Below, piece by piece: positions 38,801-50,576 of a stretch of DNA of 64,000 bases. The stretch is from NCBI GenBank assembly GCA_043228905.1, contig JBHGNT010000090.1, forward strand, positions 29,965 through 93,964, read 5' to 3'. The position numbers and the translations under genes are program-made. Source of the stretch: Azolla caroliniana (Eukaryota > Plantae > Polypodiophyta). The notes below the pieces were generated by a model, which saw only the letters and a program-made list of their open reading frames with translations, searched no databases and had not been told where the DNA came from. Position 1 is the first letter of the stretch. Every line of letters starts with the position of its first letter.

Positions 38801-41332
38801 AAGCTGAGGATCTTCGGATGCGAGGCGTACGCCCTTATTCCGAAAGATGATCGCCGAAAACTTGCACCTCGGTCCAGGAAATGCATTTTCCTTGGATATG
38901 GATCCGACGGCGAAATGGGATACCGACTCTGGGACCCCGAACGCAGACAAATCGTTCGAAGTTCGGACGTTGTGTTCAACGAGTCGGCTATGAATCCATC
39001 AGTCGAAAAACCGATCAAAGTCCGAAGGGTAACATTTTCCGATGTGCCGACCCTTCAAGAAGGCCCCGCTCTTAACACACGGTCAGCTTCACGGGTAGCT
39101 GAACCTTACACTACCGACTCGGACAACTCTGACTCGGCACAGCCGAATGATTCGCTTTCGGACCATCCGACCTCGATACCCGATGCGACCAGTCCAATCT
39201 TACCTCGACGATCCGAGAGACTGTCGCAACCTCCGGAGAGGTATTCTCCTGGAATTTTCTTCACCGACGCCGGCGAACCGACGTCTTACGAAGAAGCATC
39301 GACATCTGTCGATTCAGCCACCTGGCATCTGGCGATGGAGTCGGAAATGCACTCCATTCGGGCAAACAAGACTTGGGATCTGGTCGAATTACCTAGGAAC
39401 CGACGTGCTCTTCCTTGCAAGTGGGTTTATCGACTAAAAGAGACGTCTGATTCGACCACCCCAAAGTACAAGGCCAGATTAGTTGCGAAGGGCTTCCGAC
39501 AACAATATGGCGTCGACTTCGACGAGATTTTTTCACCAGTGGTGAAAATGACAACCCTTCGTTTTCTACTCGGCGTAGTGGCAGCCGACAACCTCGAGCT
39601 GATTCAGCTAGATGTCAAAACAGCCTTCCTCCATGGTGATCTTGAGGAGGAAATTTATATGGAGCAGCCAAAAGGCTTCGTGGCACCTGGCCAAGAACAT
39701 CTAGTCTGCCGACTCAGGAAGAGTCTATACGGCCTCAAACAGGCACCACGACAATGGTACAAGAAGTTCGACGACTTCATCCAATCGATCGGCTTCTCAA
39801 AAAGCGATGAGGACCATTGTCTCTTCACCAACACAGCTCAAGATGGATCACCCATCTTCCTCATCATTTACGTGGACGACATGCTAATTTCTGGACGCCA
39901 CGCGGGCGAACTTGCCGATCTCGTTCGGCAACTGCGGTTGAAGTTTGCCATGAAGGACCTCGGTCCGGCACGACACATCCTTGGCATGAAGATTAGTCGG
40001 CATCGCGATAAACGACATCTTTTTTTGTCTCAGACCGACTATATCGGACGTGTCTTGGAACGCTTCAACATGCAATCAGCCAAATCTGCTTCAACCCCGC
40101 TCCCCATGAATCTTCGGCTCTCTCAGCGAGACTGCCCGACATCCGGTTCGGAGGGGGAAGATATGAAGTCGGTACCATATGCACCGGCAGTCGGCTCCCT
40201 TATGTACCTGATGGTCGCGACACGGCCTGATATTTCTCACGCCGTAGGAGTCGTTAGCAGATTTATGCACAATCCTGGCCGATCGCATTGGAACGCAGTC
40301 AAGCATGTGTTCAGATATCTGGCTGGCACAAAAGACCACGACATTCTTTTCGGTCCGAACCGAACCTCAGGCGTAGTCGGTTACACCGACTCGGATTTCG
40401 CCGGCTGTATAGACAGTCGAAAATCAACAACCGGATACTGCTTCAAATTCGGCAATGGAGCAATCTCGTGGAAGTCGAAACTTCAGGAGTGCACAGCGAC
40501 CTCAACGACCGAAGCAGAATATGTAGCTGCGTCCGACGCAGCAAAAGAAGCCTTATGGCTTGGTCGGCTGGCGCACACGTTTCGGCAAGTCGACCATGAC
40601 TTGGCCCCAGTTGTCTATAGCGACAGTCAAGGCGTTGTTGCCCTGTCGAAAAATCCGGTTCACCACAACGCCTCCAAGCATATCGACGTTCGATATGACT
40701 TCGTTCGGGACTGCGTCATTTCAGGGAAAATCGGTCTAGAGAAAATATCCACAACCGACAATGTCGCAGATGGAATGACCAAATGTCTTTCGGCAGACCG
40801 CTTTCGGTCTCTTCGGCATCAGATGGGCGTAACGACAAACCAGTCCGGTTAGAGCCGGACACAGAGCAGGATGGTTCCCGACAACCGACATCAGTTCCTT
40901 AATGATCGGCTTCAACTGTTCCGACCCGACCAGTTCGGTCTTCTGCCTTCGGACCCTGCCGACTCGAACAAAGCTGATATGTCCGAGAACCTAAGTCTAT
41001 ACCTGTAATCTTAGATAACCCATGTATACGCCCATTACGGGGGAGTGTCGAATACATGTGTATAATGGACGTATTCACACTATCCCGTTTCGGCCATTTA
41101 TGTAATTAGCATAAAGGGTAGTTGCCCTAAGTCGGTCACTATATATAGTGACCTTGTAACCTCTTTGTGAGGTTGGGTGTTGTATTATTTGCTTTATGGA
41201 ATAAAGAGTCTTTTGTGTCTCTCTCTCTCTCTCACTCTCTCTGTGCAACGACCTACAAACTGTCATACGCAGGTATACAGAAAACAATCGAATGCTTCTT
41301 GATCTTCCGCACAGACGACTTTGTCTCCAACA
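35876..41332 (+). mobile_element. Intact, very young Ty1/Copia element D
   Basis: 287 bp LTRs at 35876-36162 and 41046-41332, identical on base-by-base reading; TSD GAAAC; PBS TGGTATCAGAGC (tRNA-iMet) at 36165-36176; PPT GGGGGAG. Confidence 0.97.
36839..40852 (+). CDS. Copia Gag-Pol polyprotein (1337 aa from the ATG), uninterrupted
   Basis: CNYCKKPGHIKADC knuckle; WLLDSGASFH protease; HRRLGH...CEHC; integrase HSD, RTDNGGEF and NGIAER; RT YGLKQAPR and YVDDML; RNase H YTDSD, TTEAEY and SDSQ. Confidence 0.96.
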   Translation: MASTSGSSEMSLRKFDGSNFNFWKEQMQDYLIVKGQIDPIENEEPPEGYKPIEWQKLDRIVRATIRMHLSESVYFTVQSCTTAFELWKTLSDTYEKKVAATKMFLIRRLYNLRMKESDSVQAHLNEYESISSQISSQGTAIEDELRAMILMSSLPPSWETFVTTVCNASTTAVKYSEVTSAILTEAARRKSFAKDSTDDAYVVQGSTDRSNIRGRDSSRPPNNQRRRSQSRDNRICNYCKKPGHIKADCRALKNKNNKKSGRHEEINYVSFSADVLPDDPNILSIENPVGSEVLLTTEESSTWLLDSGASFHVTPHRSQFRQYTIRHSDSVRVGNSQHCDIIGIGTVELNLAGGSTLVLHNVRHVPELSRPLISVGQLDEDGIRAGFSSGGWTLHRGNLLLARGPKIHSLYPLHVTLREGNLFLVDIPVSSLWHRRLGHLSKAGITHLSRAGYIPKLSFSDHQFCEHCQYGKQAAASHPTSAPRETRPLDLVHSDVCGPMPHQSLGGASYFVTFIDDSTRKVWAYPIRTKDRVFSIFSDWLAMVENQTDRKLKCFRTDNGGEFKSEEFVKFCRQRGIRREFTAPHSPEQNGIAERMNRTIQERIVSMLQHSGLSDGFWAEALLTAVHIINMSPSRPLGLQIPQELWIGSKPNYDKLRIFGCEAYALIPKDDRRKLAPRSRKCIFLGYGSDGEMGYRLWDPERRQIVRSSDVVFNESAMNPSVEKPIKVRRVTFSDVPTLQEGPALNTRSASRVAEPYTTDSDNSDSAQPNDSLSDHPTSIPDATSPILPRRSERLSQPPERYSPGIFFTDAGEPTSYEEASTSVDSATWHLAMESEMHSIRANKTWDLVELPRNRRALPCKWVYRLKETSDSTTPKYKARLVAKGFRQQYGVDFDEIFSPVVKMTTLRFLLGVVAADNLELIQLDVKTAFLHGDLEEEIYMEQPKGFVAPGQEHLVCRLRKSLYGLKQAPRQWYKKFDDFIQSIGFSKSDEDHCLFTNTAQDGSPIFLIIYVDDMLISGRHAGELADLVRQLRLKFAMKDLGPARHILGMKISRHRDKRHLFLSQTDYIGRVLERFNMQSAKSASTPLPMNLRLSQRDCPTSGSEGEDMKSVPYAPAVGSLMYLMVATRPDISHAVGVVSRFMHNPGRSHWNAVKHVFRYLAGTKDHDILFGPNRTSGVVGYTDSDFAGCIDSRKSTTGYCFKFGNGAISWKSKLQECTATSTTEAEYVAASDAAKEALWLGRLAHTFRQVDHDLAPVVYSDSQGVVALSKNPVHHNASKHIDVRYDFVRDCVISGKIGLEKISTTDNVADGMTKCLSADRFRSLRHQMGVTTNQSG

Positions 41333-42130
41333 GAAACCTCATAGCGGCTCGAGCACAGAAAGAGGGCACACTGTATATTATGCATGCCCGACTGTGTAAG
41401 TCAGAGGTGAGTGTGGCAACCAACTTGAGTGGAGAGTTATGGCATAAGAGGCTCGATCACATGAGTGAAAAAGGATTGCACATCTTGTCCAATTGGGAAC
41501 TTCTCCCAGAAGTGAAAGGAGCACACTTGGAGAAGTGTATCGATTGCTTAGTCGGAAAGCAAAATAGAGCAACATTCCACACAAGACCACCAAGAAGAAG
41601 AGAAGCAATATTGGAACTAGTACACACAGATATGTGCTATGTAGATGCTCCATCATATCGAGGTGGACAATACTTCATGACATTTATTGACGACCATAGT
41701 CGGAAGACATGGGCCTTCGTATTGAAGTCGAAGGATCAAGTATTGTCAATGTTTAAGGAGTTCCAAGCAAGAACTAAACGAGAGTAGGGTCGGAAGTTGA
41801 AGGTTGTCCGAACCGACAATGGTGGTGAATATAAAGGGCAATTTGAGGAATACTACAAGGCCCACCGTATTCGAATCGAATACACTATTCCAAGGACCCC
41901 GGAGTTGAATGGGCTTGTAGAGAGGATGAATAGAACAATCATGAAGAGAGTAAGAAGTGACCTCTCTCATGCTAAACTGCTGAAATCGTATTCGGCTGAG
42001 GGGATGCATACAATTGTTTATCTGATTAATAGGTTTCCCTTAGTACCGTTGAAAGGTGATGTCCCACAAAGGGTGTGGATAGGGAAGGATGTCTCCTACT
42101 GACACTTGAGGGTGTTCGGATGGTTGGCGT

Positions 42131-43085
42131 TGTCAAGAAGATTGTGGTTGTGTGTCGCAACTGCCGGGGTTCTGTGACTCGGGGATGATCAGGGTGAAAA
42201 CGCGTAATCGCAGATGGTGCGATGACAAGAAGCCGAGAAGGCAAGATAAATGCGACGTTGTCGTGAAAAGAATTTTATTTGTAAAACAATCACTTACAAT
42301 ATTTATTTGCCAAAAGTTACTTGGCAAGACTTGAACTCACAAACTCTATTCGAGAAGAAGCATTTGAGATAGACCACTTCAATCTCTTTGGTTCCTATTT
42401 TTTTGTCTTTCTCTTTCACTTTATATATACTAAATTTATATTTCAAAATTTGATTACCAAAAGAAGTTATTCAAACTCACAACATTCAATTTACGTGGAG
42501 GCATTTGAGATACACCACTTCAACTTCTTCCTTTTGTTTTATTTCTTTTCTTTCTTTAAGTCTTGTCATGATTTCTGCAAGCCACCATCTTCTTTGGCGA
42601 GCTCTGCATCTTACACCCACACTAGCTTATTCACTCATTTTTCCTTTCTCTTATTCTTCCCCTTCTTCCCCTTCTCCCTCTTTCCTCTTTCCCCTCTTTA
42701 GCCACCATACACGTGGCTTATATAGGGTGGTCAACCGCCCTACCACCCTCTTGAGGCGGTTATATTTATTATTTTTATTTTTATTTTATTGTATATTATT
42801 TATCTTTTTATTTTTATTTATGTATTCTACAAATTCGATTTTGTAGTTATACATTTGAGAAATTACAAAAATAACCCTTATTTAATTTCGACTATCCCTT
42901 TTGACATAATTACATTTGTGTCCTTAGTAACATTAATCCTTCCGAAGCTTGTATCTTGGGCTCTTGAACTCCGATTCACGAACCGAAAATTTGCATATGC
43001 TCCTCATCACAAGATCCATATGGGAAATTTCTTTTTATAGATTTTTGACATTGTTTTCACATCGTGAAGTGTCAATTTCATGACA
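42131..43085 (-). mobile_element. Solo LTR (Gypsy-type, probably related to the E/H LTRs) inserted in the integrase of A
   Basis: TGTCA...TGACA termini; 4 bp TSD GCGT/ACGT; removing it restores FG(W)LAY(K)HVA; TATA-like CTATATAAG on the minus strand at about 42717-42725. Confidence 0.8.
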
Positions 43086-46000
43086 ACGTATAAGCATGTG
43101 GCTTAGGATCAGAGGTCGAAGCTCAACAATATGTCGAAACCATGCATATTCATGGGATACTCGGAGGACGAGTTTGTCTACAGGCTATGGGACTTTGTTG
43201 ATAAGAAGGTGGTAAGGAGTTTGGATGTATTCTTCTTGGAAGACAACAATTGAGGACAAGAAGAAACAGATGTCGGAATCGACTCCCCAATCTCCCTTGA
43301 CTACCACATTAAGGCTAGTTGAACCGACACAATCGGCTAATCAGAGACAACTATATGGAAGAGCTGAATCGGAGTCCGTCGACTTAGAGTAACCGACCTA
43401 TGAGTCAGAGTCGACAAACCTATTGAAGTCGATTGAAGAATACGAATCGGAGTCAGTGGACATCCGACAACCGATCAACATGAATGAACCCAAGTCGAGA
43501 GAAGTGTTGGCAGAGATATCCGAGCAGGAGCCAAGGACGAATGGAAGGAGATATCCTTTCAGAGAGAGAAGAGCACCGACAACATATGCCAGTCAATACA
43601 TCCTCTTGATTGATGAAGGTGAACCAGAATGCTATGAAGAAGCCACAACCGACAAGCATAGTGAGAAGTGGCTAAATGCGATGCAAGAAGAGATGGATTC
43701 CTTGCACGAGAATTATACCTACGACCTAGTAGAGCTGCCGAAGGGTAAGAGAGCACTCAGGAATAAATGAGTCTACAAGGTGAAGACTAGAGAAGTCGAC
43801 AATGCCCCCCCAGGTATAAAGCATGCATTGTGGTGAAGGGTTTCCAACAAAAAAGGGGTGTCGACTTCAACGAAATATTCACGTTTGTCGTGAAGATGAC
43901 ATTCATCTGAACTGTTATGAGCATTGCTGCGAGCATGGATATGGAGATCGAATAGTTCGATGTCAAGACATCATTCTTGCATGGGGAGCTGGATGAAGAG
44001 ATCTACATGTAGTAGCCCGAAGGCTTTGTGGAGAAAGGGAAAGAGAATTTGGTGTGTTGACTGAAGAAAAGTTTGTATGGGTTGAAACAAGCTCCACACC
44101 AATGGTACAAGAAGTTTGAATCCTTCATGATGGAACATCGGTTCCAAAAAACATCGGTTGATCACTATGTGTTCGTCAAAAGGTATGAAGAAGGTGATTT
44201 CTTGATTCTCTTATTATATGTAGATGACATGTTGATAGTCGGTCAAGATACAAGGAAGATTGGAAGCTTGAAGAAAGCTCTAGGAAAATCGTTTGCCATG
44301 AAAGATCTTGGACCGACTAAACAAATCTTAGGGATTCACATAGTTCGGGACAGAACTAAGAAAGTGTTGTTGTTGTCACAAGAGAAATACGTGACGAAGA
44401 TCCTAGAAAGATTCAACATGTCGGAAGCAAAGGTTATCAGCTCTGTGTTATCGACCAACTGCAAGTTGAATGCAAAGCAGTGCCCGAGATGGGAGAAAGA
44501 AAAGGCTGAGATGAGGAAAGTACCATATGCCTCAGTCGTCGACAATTTAATGTACGCTATGGTTTGCACGAGACCAGACATAACATTTGTTGTGGGAACA
44601 TTAAGCCGATATATGAGTAATCCAGGACGAGAACACTGGGCAACAGTGAAATGGTACTCGTGTACTTAAAAGGCACCTCGGGGGTATGCCTAAAGTATGG
44701 TGTCAGATAACCCATGCTCAAAGGGTTTACCGATTCGGACATGTCGAGGGATGGGGACTCGAGCCGATCCACGTTAGGGTACGTGATGACATATGCAGGG
44801 GGAGCAGTGCCATGGCAGTCACGACTGCTGAAGTTTGTGGCCTTGTCGACCATAGAGGCAGAGTATATGGTAGCGGTAGAGGCTGGCAAGGAGCTGATTT
44901 GGATGAAGATTTTCCTCAGTGAACTCGAGATGAAGCAAGAATAATTCTTGCTCCACTATCATAATCAGAGTGCCATACATATTGCAAAGAACGTTGCATA
45001 CCACTCTCGGACAAAGCATATACAAAGGAGGTATCATTGGTTGCGAGAGAAGGTAGACGAAGGAGAGTTTTCCCTCGTGAAAATCCATACCGACGACAAT
45101 GGATCCGACATACTCACGAAGAACCTACCAATGGATAGACTGATAGTCTGTCGACAAAAGACAGGACCAGTCGACTCCCATCCATTGTAGTGAAGGGGGA
45201 GTTTGTTGGGAATATGTCCCTCCAGTGGGAGGAGCCGACTGTTTGGTCCAAGAAGTGTCGATAGTCGAAGACTAGGAGGAGCCAATTGTTCGGGCCGAGT
45301 GTCGATGGTTGAAGAGTCGATTGTGAGAGTCAACTGGGTGAGTTGACAGAAAGGAGATCCAGGTTGAAGACACGACTGACTAGTCGGGCCGATCGGATGG
45401 TCGATGACCAGGCCGACTAGTCGGACCGACTGGACAGTCGACACTAGAGTCGGCTAATGGTGACTTATTGTTATAGATAATAATAGTAGTGATGTATAGA
45501 AGGGGCTACATTTGTAAATAGCCCATTTGATGTATGAGTATAAATACATCTAGGGCAAACGTAGAATATGAGAAAAAAACAATGTGTGCTAAGAAGTGTG
45601 TGTAGGCAGAACAGAAGAGCGAGAAAGGAGAGAGCAGCGCCATAACTAAGTGAGCTTGGATGTCAAGAGCCCTGTGCAAATAATACATTCGGTTTTAGAG
45701 TGTTGTATTGTGTGATATCACCTTGTATTTCTCTCTGTATAGTGGAATCTCTGTTCACGTGGTTTTCCCCCATTTAGGGTTTCCATGTGCATTGTGCATT
45801 TGTTGTTTCAATGTGCTATTGTGTATTTTCCGAGTTAATCTTTCTCACAGTTTTGAGATTCGACTCTCAACACTAGGTTGTGTTGACTCCTTCAAGGAAG
45901 CTCCATTTAGGTGATAAAATGATTATTAGGAGCAGAACTCTATGAATAACAATGAGGGAAGAGACATGTTCTACTCTAATTCTAGGAGATGTGTTATGAG

Positions 46001-47931
46001 GCTGATTAGCTCTAGTTCCTCTCTCTCTCTCTATTCTTTTTGTCCTCTTCTCTCTAATCTAGAGGAGGTCAAGAGTTGGCAGTCCTATTGCATATATCGT
46101 TCACTTGTGTTGTGTTGAGAATCAAGCTCAACCTAGTGTGACGTGTGAACACACCCTTTGAGAATCTATGATCACTAAAAGGTCAATAATCATCTCTAGT
46201 GCGATGTGTTTTCTCTTCTCTCATCTCTTTCCTCTCACACATACACATAACACACATCTCTTCTGCTGCACAAGAATCATATCCGATTCTTTACATGTCG
46301 TAACGGGCGCGTCGATTGCACTACATTAAGTTCTTAACTTCTACTTTTTTATATATTTAATATATTCCTTAACATTCATAATTACATTGTAGTTTATAAT
46401 CGTGGAATGTTGTACTTCATTATGCCACCATTTGTCACCATGTTTGTCAGACAATGCCATAATGAACCCAAAATGAAAAGAATCATAAAAAATGCTATGT
46501 CTTCTTTTGCCCTCTAATGATCAAGAGCATATGATACAAATTGTTAGTGAGGGGAGGTTGCACAATGATCATATAGATCAACATGGTGGTCATTCTACCG
46601 TGGTAGTGTCTATGAATGTTAGGACTATTGTGGCTAGTTGTGGTGGTATCAAGGTGGCGTAGAGTGGTCACTGTGTTAAGGGTTGATACCATCAAAGGGT
46701 GTATTTATCTATTGATTAAGGGATTGTTGAGCTTCCTTGTCTGAGCTTATACAATGCCTAGATTTGTTGTAGACCTCATACACTATAGCAAGTTGCTCAA
46801 CTCGAACATGTTGGATAAGAGAATAACAATTGAAAGCAATATATCATGAAATTGTAAGCACGATGTGAGCAAGAATGATTAAAGTATGAGAATGAAAAAT
46901 ATGTTATCCCAAAAAAGCCTTACATTTTAAAAGAGGGTCAATCAATCCAAGACCACCCTCTTCCATTGGAGTTATAACAACTTTCCAAAACACTTGACGT
47001 TGACATATGAACAATATTTAGATCCCCAAAGGAAATTCCTAATAAGCCATTGTACAGTTTGTTGAGAATCGACTCGGCCACAACCAGTTGATACGTATGT
47101 GAATGTGGGTGCAAAGAGCGTGAATGATAGTACAAAGATAAACGATCTCGTGAAGATTTTCGGCAACAGTATGAAAATCGCGTGGAACAAGGGAAATCGA
47201 GAAGATGCAATATGCACACGTATGAAAGGAGTGATGGTTAGGCGTGTATGTTAACACGTGAATGTGCACGTGTAATGTGTGTTTAGGTGTTCATTACAGA
47301 AATATATAAAATAAGCCAAACGCATACAATGAGGTGCAAGGAAAGGTTTGAACCTTACACCTCTAAGACAAGAGGCAATTGACATACCATTAGACTAGGT
47401 TATTTCCTTTAAAACTTATTTTCTTCATTGTACTTTTCACACGAACTGCTGGTACATGAGAGCTTGGATGAGGTACATGGTCATCATGCATTGCATGTGA
47501 TGCATGAGCGCCAAATGGCAATCATGCATTGCATGCATTTCATGCATTGTATGCATGTACTACACCCTCACATGCACATATGCATGGGGGCATCTATATA
47601 AGAAGGAGAGGAAGGGAAAGGAAATCAAGTAATGTATGCAAAGTAATCCTAGTTATTTCATTGGCAATGTGTCTTGTATCTCAACTTTGAAGTCAAAAGT
47701 TCAAACCGGGAGTTGGGATTCTCATCCATATCTATCTTTAATACTTCTCGCAAGTGCTAATCCTTCCACCGTTCCATTGTCTTCAACGATCCTTTCGCTC
47801 CTCCATCACCACTTGCGGATAGAGGCCGGTGCTTGTCTGCGCACGTGTAACGCGCACATCGCAACGTTTGGCACATGTGTAGCGTGCTTCACGACATCTT
47901 TGTGGTGCGATAAATATTTTCACAATCTCTT

Positions 47932-47980
<49 letters not shown>

Positions 47981-50576
47981 AGTCAACCCACACAAGCATC
48001 TTCGACAACAAGAAGAACCCAATTGTAAACCTAAACAACGGTCGACTCCTTACAAGCACAAGTCACCCGATCCATCCTCCTTGGTCAAAGACCCCGGTGG
48101 TCCCCTTCGACCGACCCGCAGGCGCGGATTTCCGCGACATTAATTGGTGAACCCGACATGAAGAACGGTAAGGGAGGATGGCCGGAACTTCAAGTGCTAG
48201 AGACTCTAATGATAGTCTAGCACAAGCAATGGCGAGGATGATGGACCAAATGCTTCAAGAGAGAGACACCGTCGCAGGCCTTGACGTTGCCAGCGATAGG
48301 ATCGTGGATGCCAACGGATGCTTTGATGGTAGAGATGTGACACGATACCTTAAAACCTACAAAACAGAAATGCGGAAAAAGGGTATTTCTATGGCAAGAC
48401 AAGTGGCAAGCTTCTCAAGGATTGTAACTTCAAGTCTTTACTCTCGGGTCCTAGAGCTACAAGATGCCAATCCTGAATGGTCATTTTTCGAACAAAGTTT
48501 ACTTGAAGAATATGGGTTTGGTGACTCATCTCAAATGACGAAGAAAGATTTAATGGACTGGGTGGAGTCTTCTAACAAAGAGTTGAGTGCGAGTGCGACG
48601 CTCCACGAGTTCGAGCAAAGATTTGATTGTTTGCTTGCACTTGACAAAACGATTCTTGATAGCAAGGTGCTCCTATTTATCAAATCAGTAGATGAGAAAG
48701 ATCCGGAAGAGATCTTGGGCTACTATTAGAGAATGATGAAGGCCTCATTTCTGATTGGGCAGTAGTGAAGAGAGCATGTGGACGTTTTGATAAGCGTCAA
48801 CAATGGGACAACGAGACAAGATCGAATGTTGCAGCTCAAATTGGCCGGCAAGCTCACAACGTGAGACAAGAACCACAAGCCCAAAGACCGAGGGATGATG
48901 AAGTGGCTCAACCCACAGATGGAGCCAGAATGGATGAACTTGTAGACATGCTTCGAGAGATGAGAATTTCTCAAATTAGAAAGGACGAAACTCAAAGTTT
49001 TCCAGGTCGTCACTTGGACTTTCCCCATAGGTGTATTTGGTGTGACTCCTTGGAACACTAGCGGAGAGATTGCTCAGAATTCCAAAATGCCCTCCGACGA
49101 GATATCATTTATCTATCCAACAATCAGATTCACTCCTCGGTGACACAACGTCCTCTCAACACCAACTTTGGCCGAGGAGGTATGAAGAAGTTGATGGAAG
49201 AAATGGAAGAAAACAAAGTGAAAGTATTTACTATTCCTCATCAGCTGGAATTCGGGCTGGACACGAGACGAGAGCCCAAGAATCTCAAGTAGGAGAATTT
49301 TGGCCAATCATATTGAATCAAGTCGGATAAGGGAAGCTCTGCATGAACGAGGCACTCAAAGCATAACGAAGAGTCCAAGAAATGATGAGATGGGAGGACC
49401 CTGTGGAGGAGAAGTCTAGCTTCGTCGAGGCCATGTGTCAAAACTACGACGTCCTAGTTGAAGAGAAACGAAAAAGACCAGATGACCAATCAGGCCCTTC
49501 AAAGAAATATGACACAAGAGAAGTTGTTCGAAGAAGGGAGGAATCATCACCGCCCCGAATGATAACCAAAAGAGGGAAGGAAAGAATCAGACTAGCATTC
49601 AAACTACGCTCGGCAATAGAGCAATCCACCGACCTTAAGCGTGTGATGGAAGAAAGAATCCTAGATAGCCGAATCGAGTTCACACTACGAGAGGTCTTAG
49701 GAATTGCAAAGAAAGAATTTCACGATGTCATCATTGACTTGATAAAAAGGAAGAGACTAATGACAAGTGAAGAAGGGACTAGACCGACAAATGTCTCGAC
49801 GAGCGCTATCACAATAGAAGGTCTCGAAACTGAACAAGAATTTGTCGATAGCCAGTTTGCAAGGCCACATTGGGTTAGGGCTACTACCGAGACACCGGTG
49901 CGGATGGGAGATTTGAAAGATTCAGTGTTGGCGCTCATTGATCATGGCTTGGAGATCAACCTCATATCTCTTGACTTCTATCGAAAGGGTTGTTGGCCCA
50001 TTAATACTATGCATGGGTGGAAGATTCGAGCGGCAAGCAGGGCGATAGAAGAGCTTCATGGGGCCTGCCCTAATGTTAAGGTAACTATTGGTGACGTTGA
50101 GCATGATAAACACTTTTTTGTGCAGGAATCGGCGTCACATCTTGTCATCCTTGGCGAGCGTTACATAACAACATCCCGGATGGAGACAAAGGTACTTGAT
50201 AATGGTTCAGCATATGCGCGGATACGAAGTCAAGATGGGACAAGCTCAGTTCAATTCCTCACGGTACGACCGAACCATGAAAGAAGTAGGCATAGCTTAG
50301 GGAAAGAAGATAGGGAGGATTTTTAATTCGGGCTATTAGGGAGAGGGACAACAATAGTCCGGGACATCTAACTATGTCCCCAATTCAGTGTAATAAAAGT
50401 TGTCACCCCATTAATGAAAATGAAGTCTTGTTTTCTGAAAATGGGATGTGTAAATTTAACAACATGAATAGAGGAGATATTAAAATAGGAATCCTAGAGG
50501 AAGAATTTAGAGAAATCGGGATTATAAGCGAGGAAGAGCCAATAAAGGGGTACATGGAGATGATATCATTTGATGA

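Larger units (their letters stand above)
26077..45190 (+). pseudogene. Disrupted Copia gag-pol of element A
   Basis: Segments: gag 26077-26463 (NYADWKIKMEDLLIVKDL); 34877-35875 (gag end, WVIDSGASFH protease); 41338-42130 (integrase LELVHTD, RTDNGGEY); 43090-45190 (RT YGLKQAP and YVDDML, RNase H). Many stops and frameshifts. Confidence 0.9.
25391..45872 (+). mobile_element. Ty1/Copia element A (degenerate host of nest 1)
   Basis: LTRs 25391-26048 and 45204-45872 (TGTTG...CAACA); TSD CTAGG on both sides; degenerate tRNA-Met PBS TTGTATTAGAGC at 26052-26063; PPT GAAGGGGGAG before 45204. Confidence 0.95.

Noticed and set aside
47086-47686. Apparent MITE or solo LTR with AGTTGA...TCAACT termini
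   Set aside because: No TSD. The ACGA TSD and the family-type LTR start at 47146 explain the region better as the 5' LTR of E inside solo LTR G.
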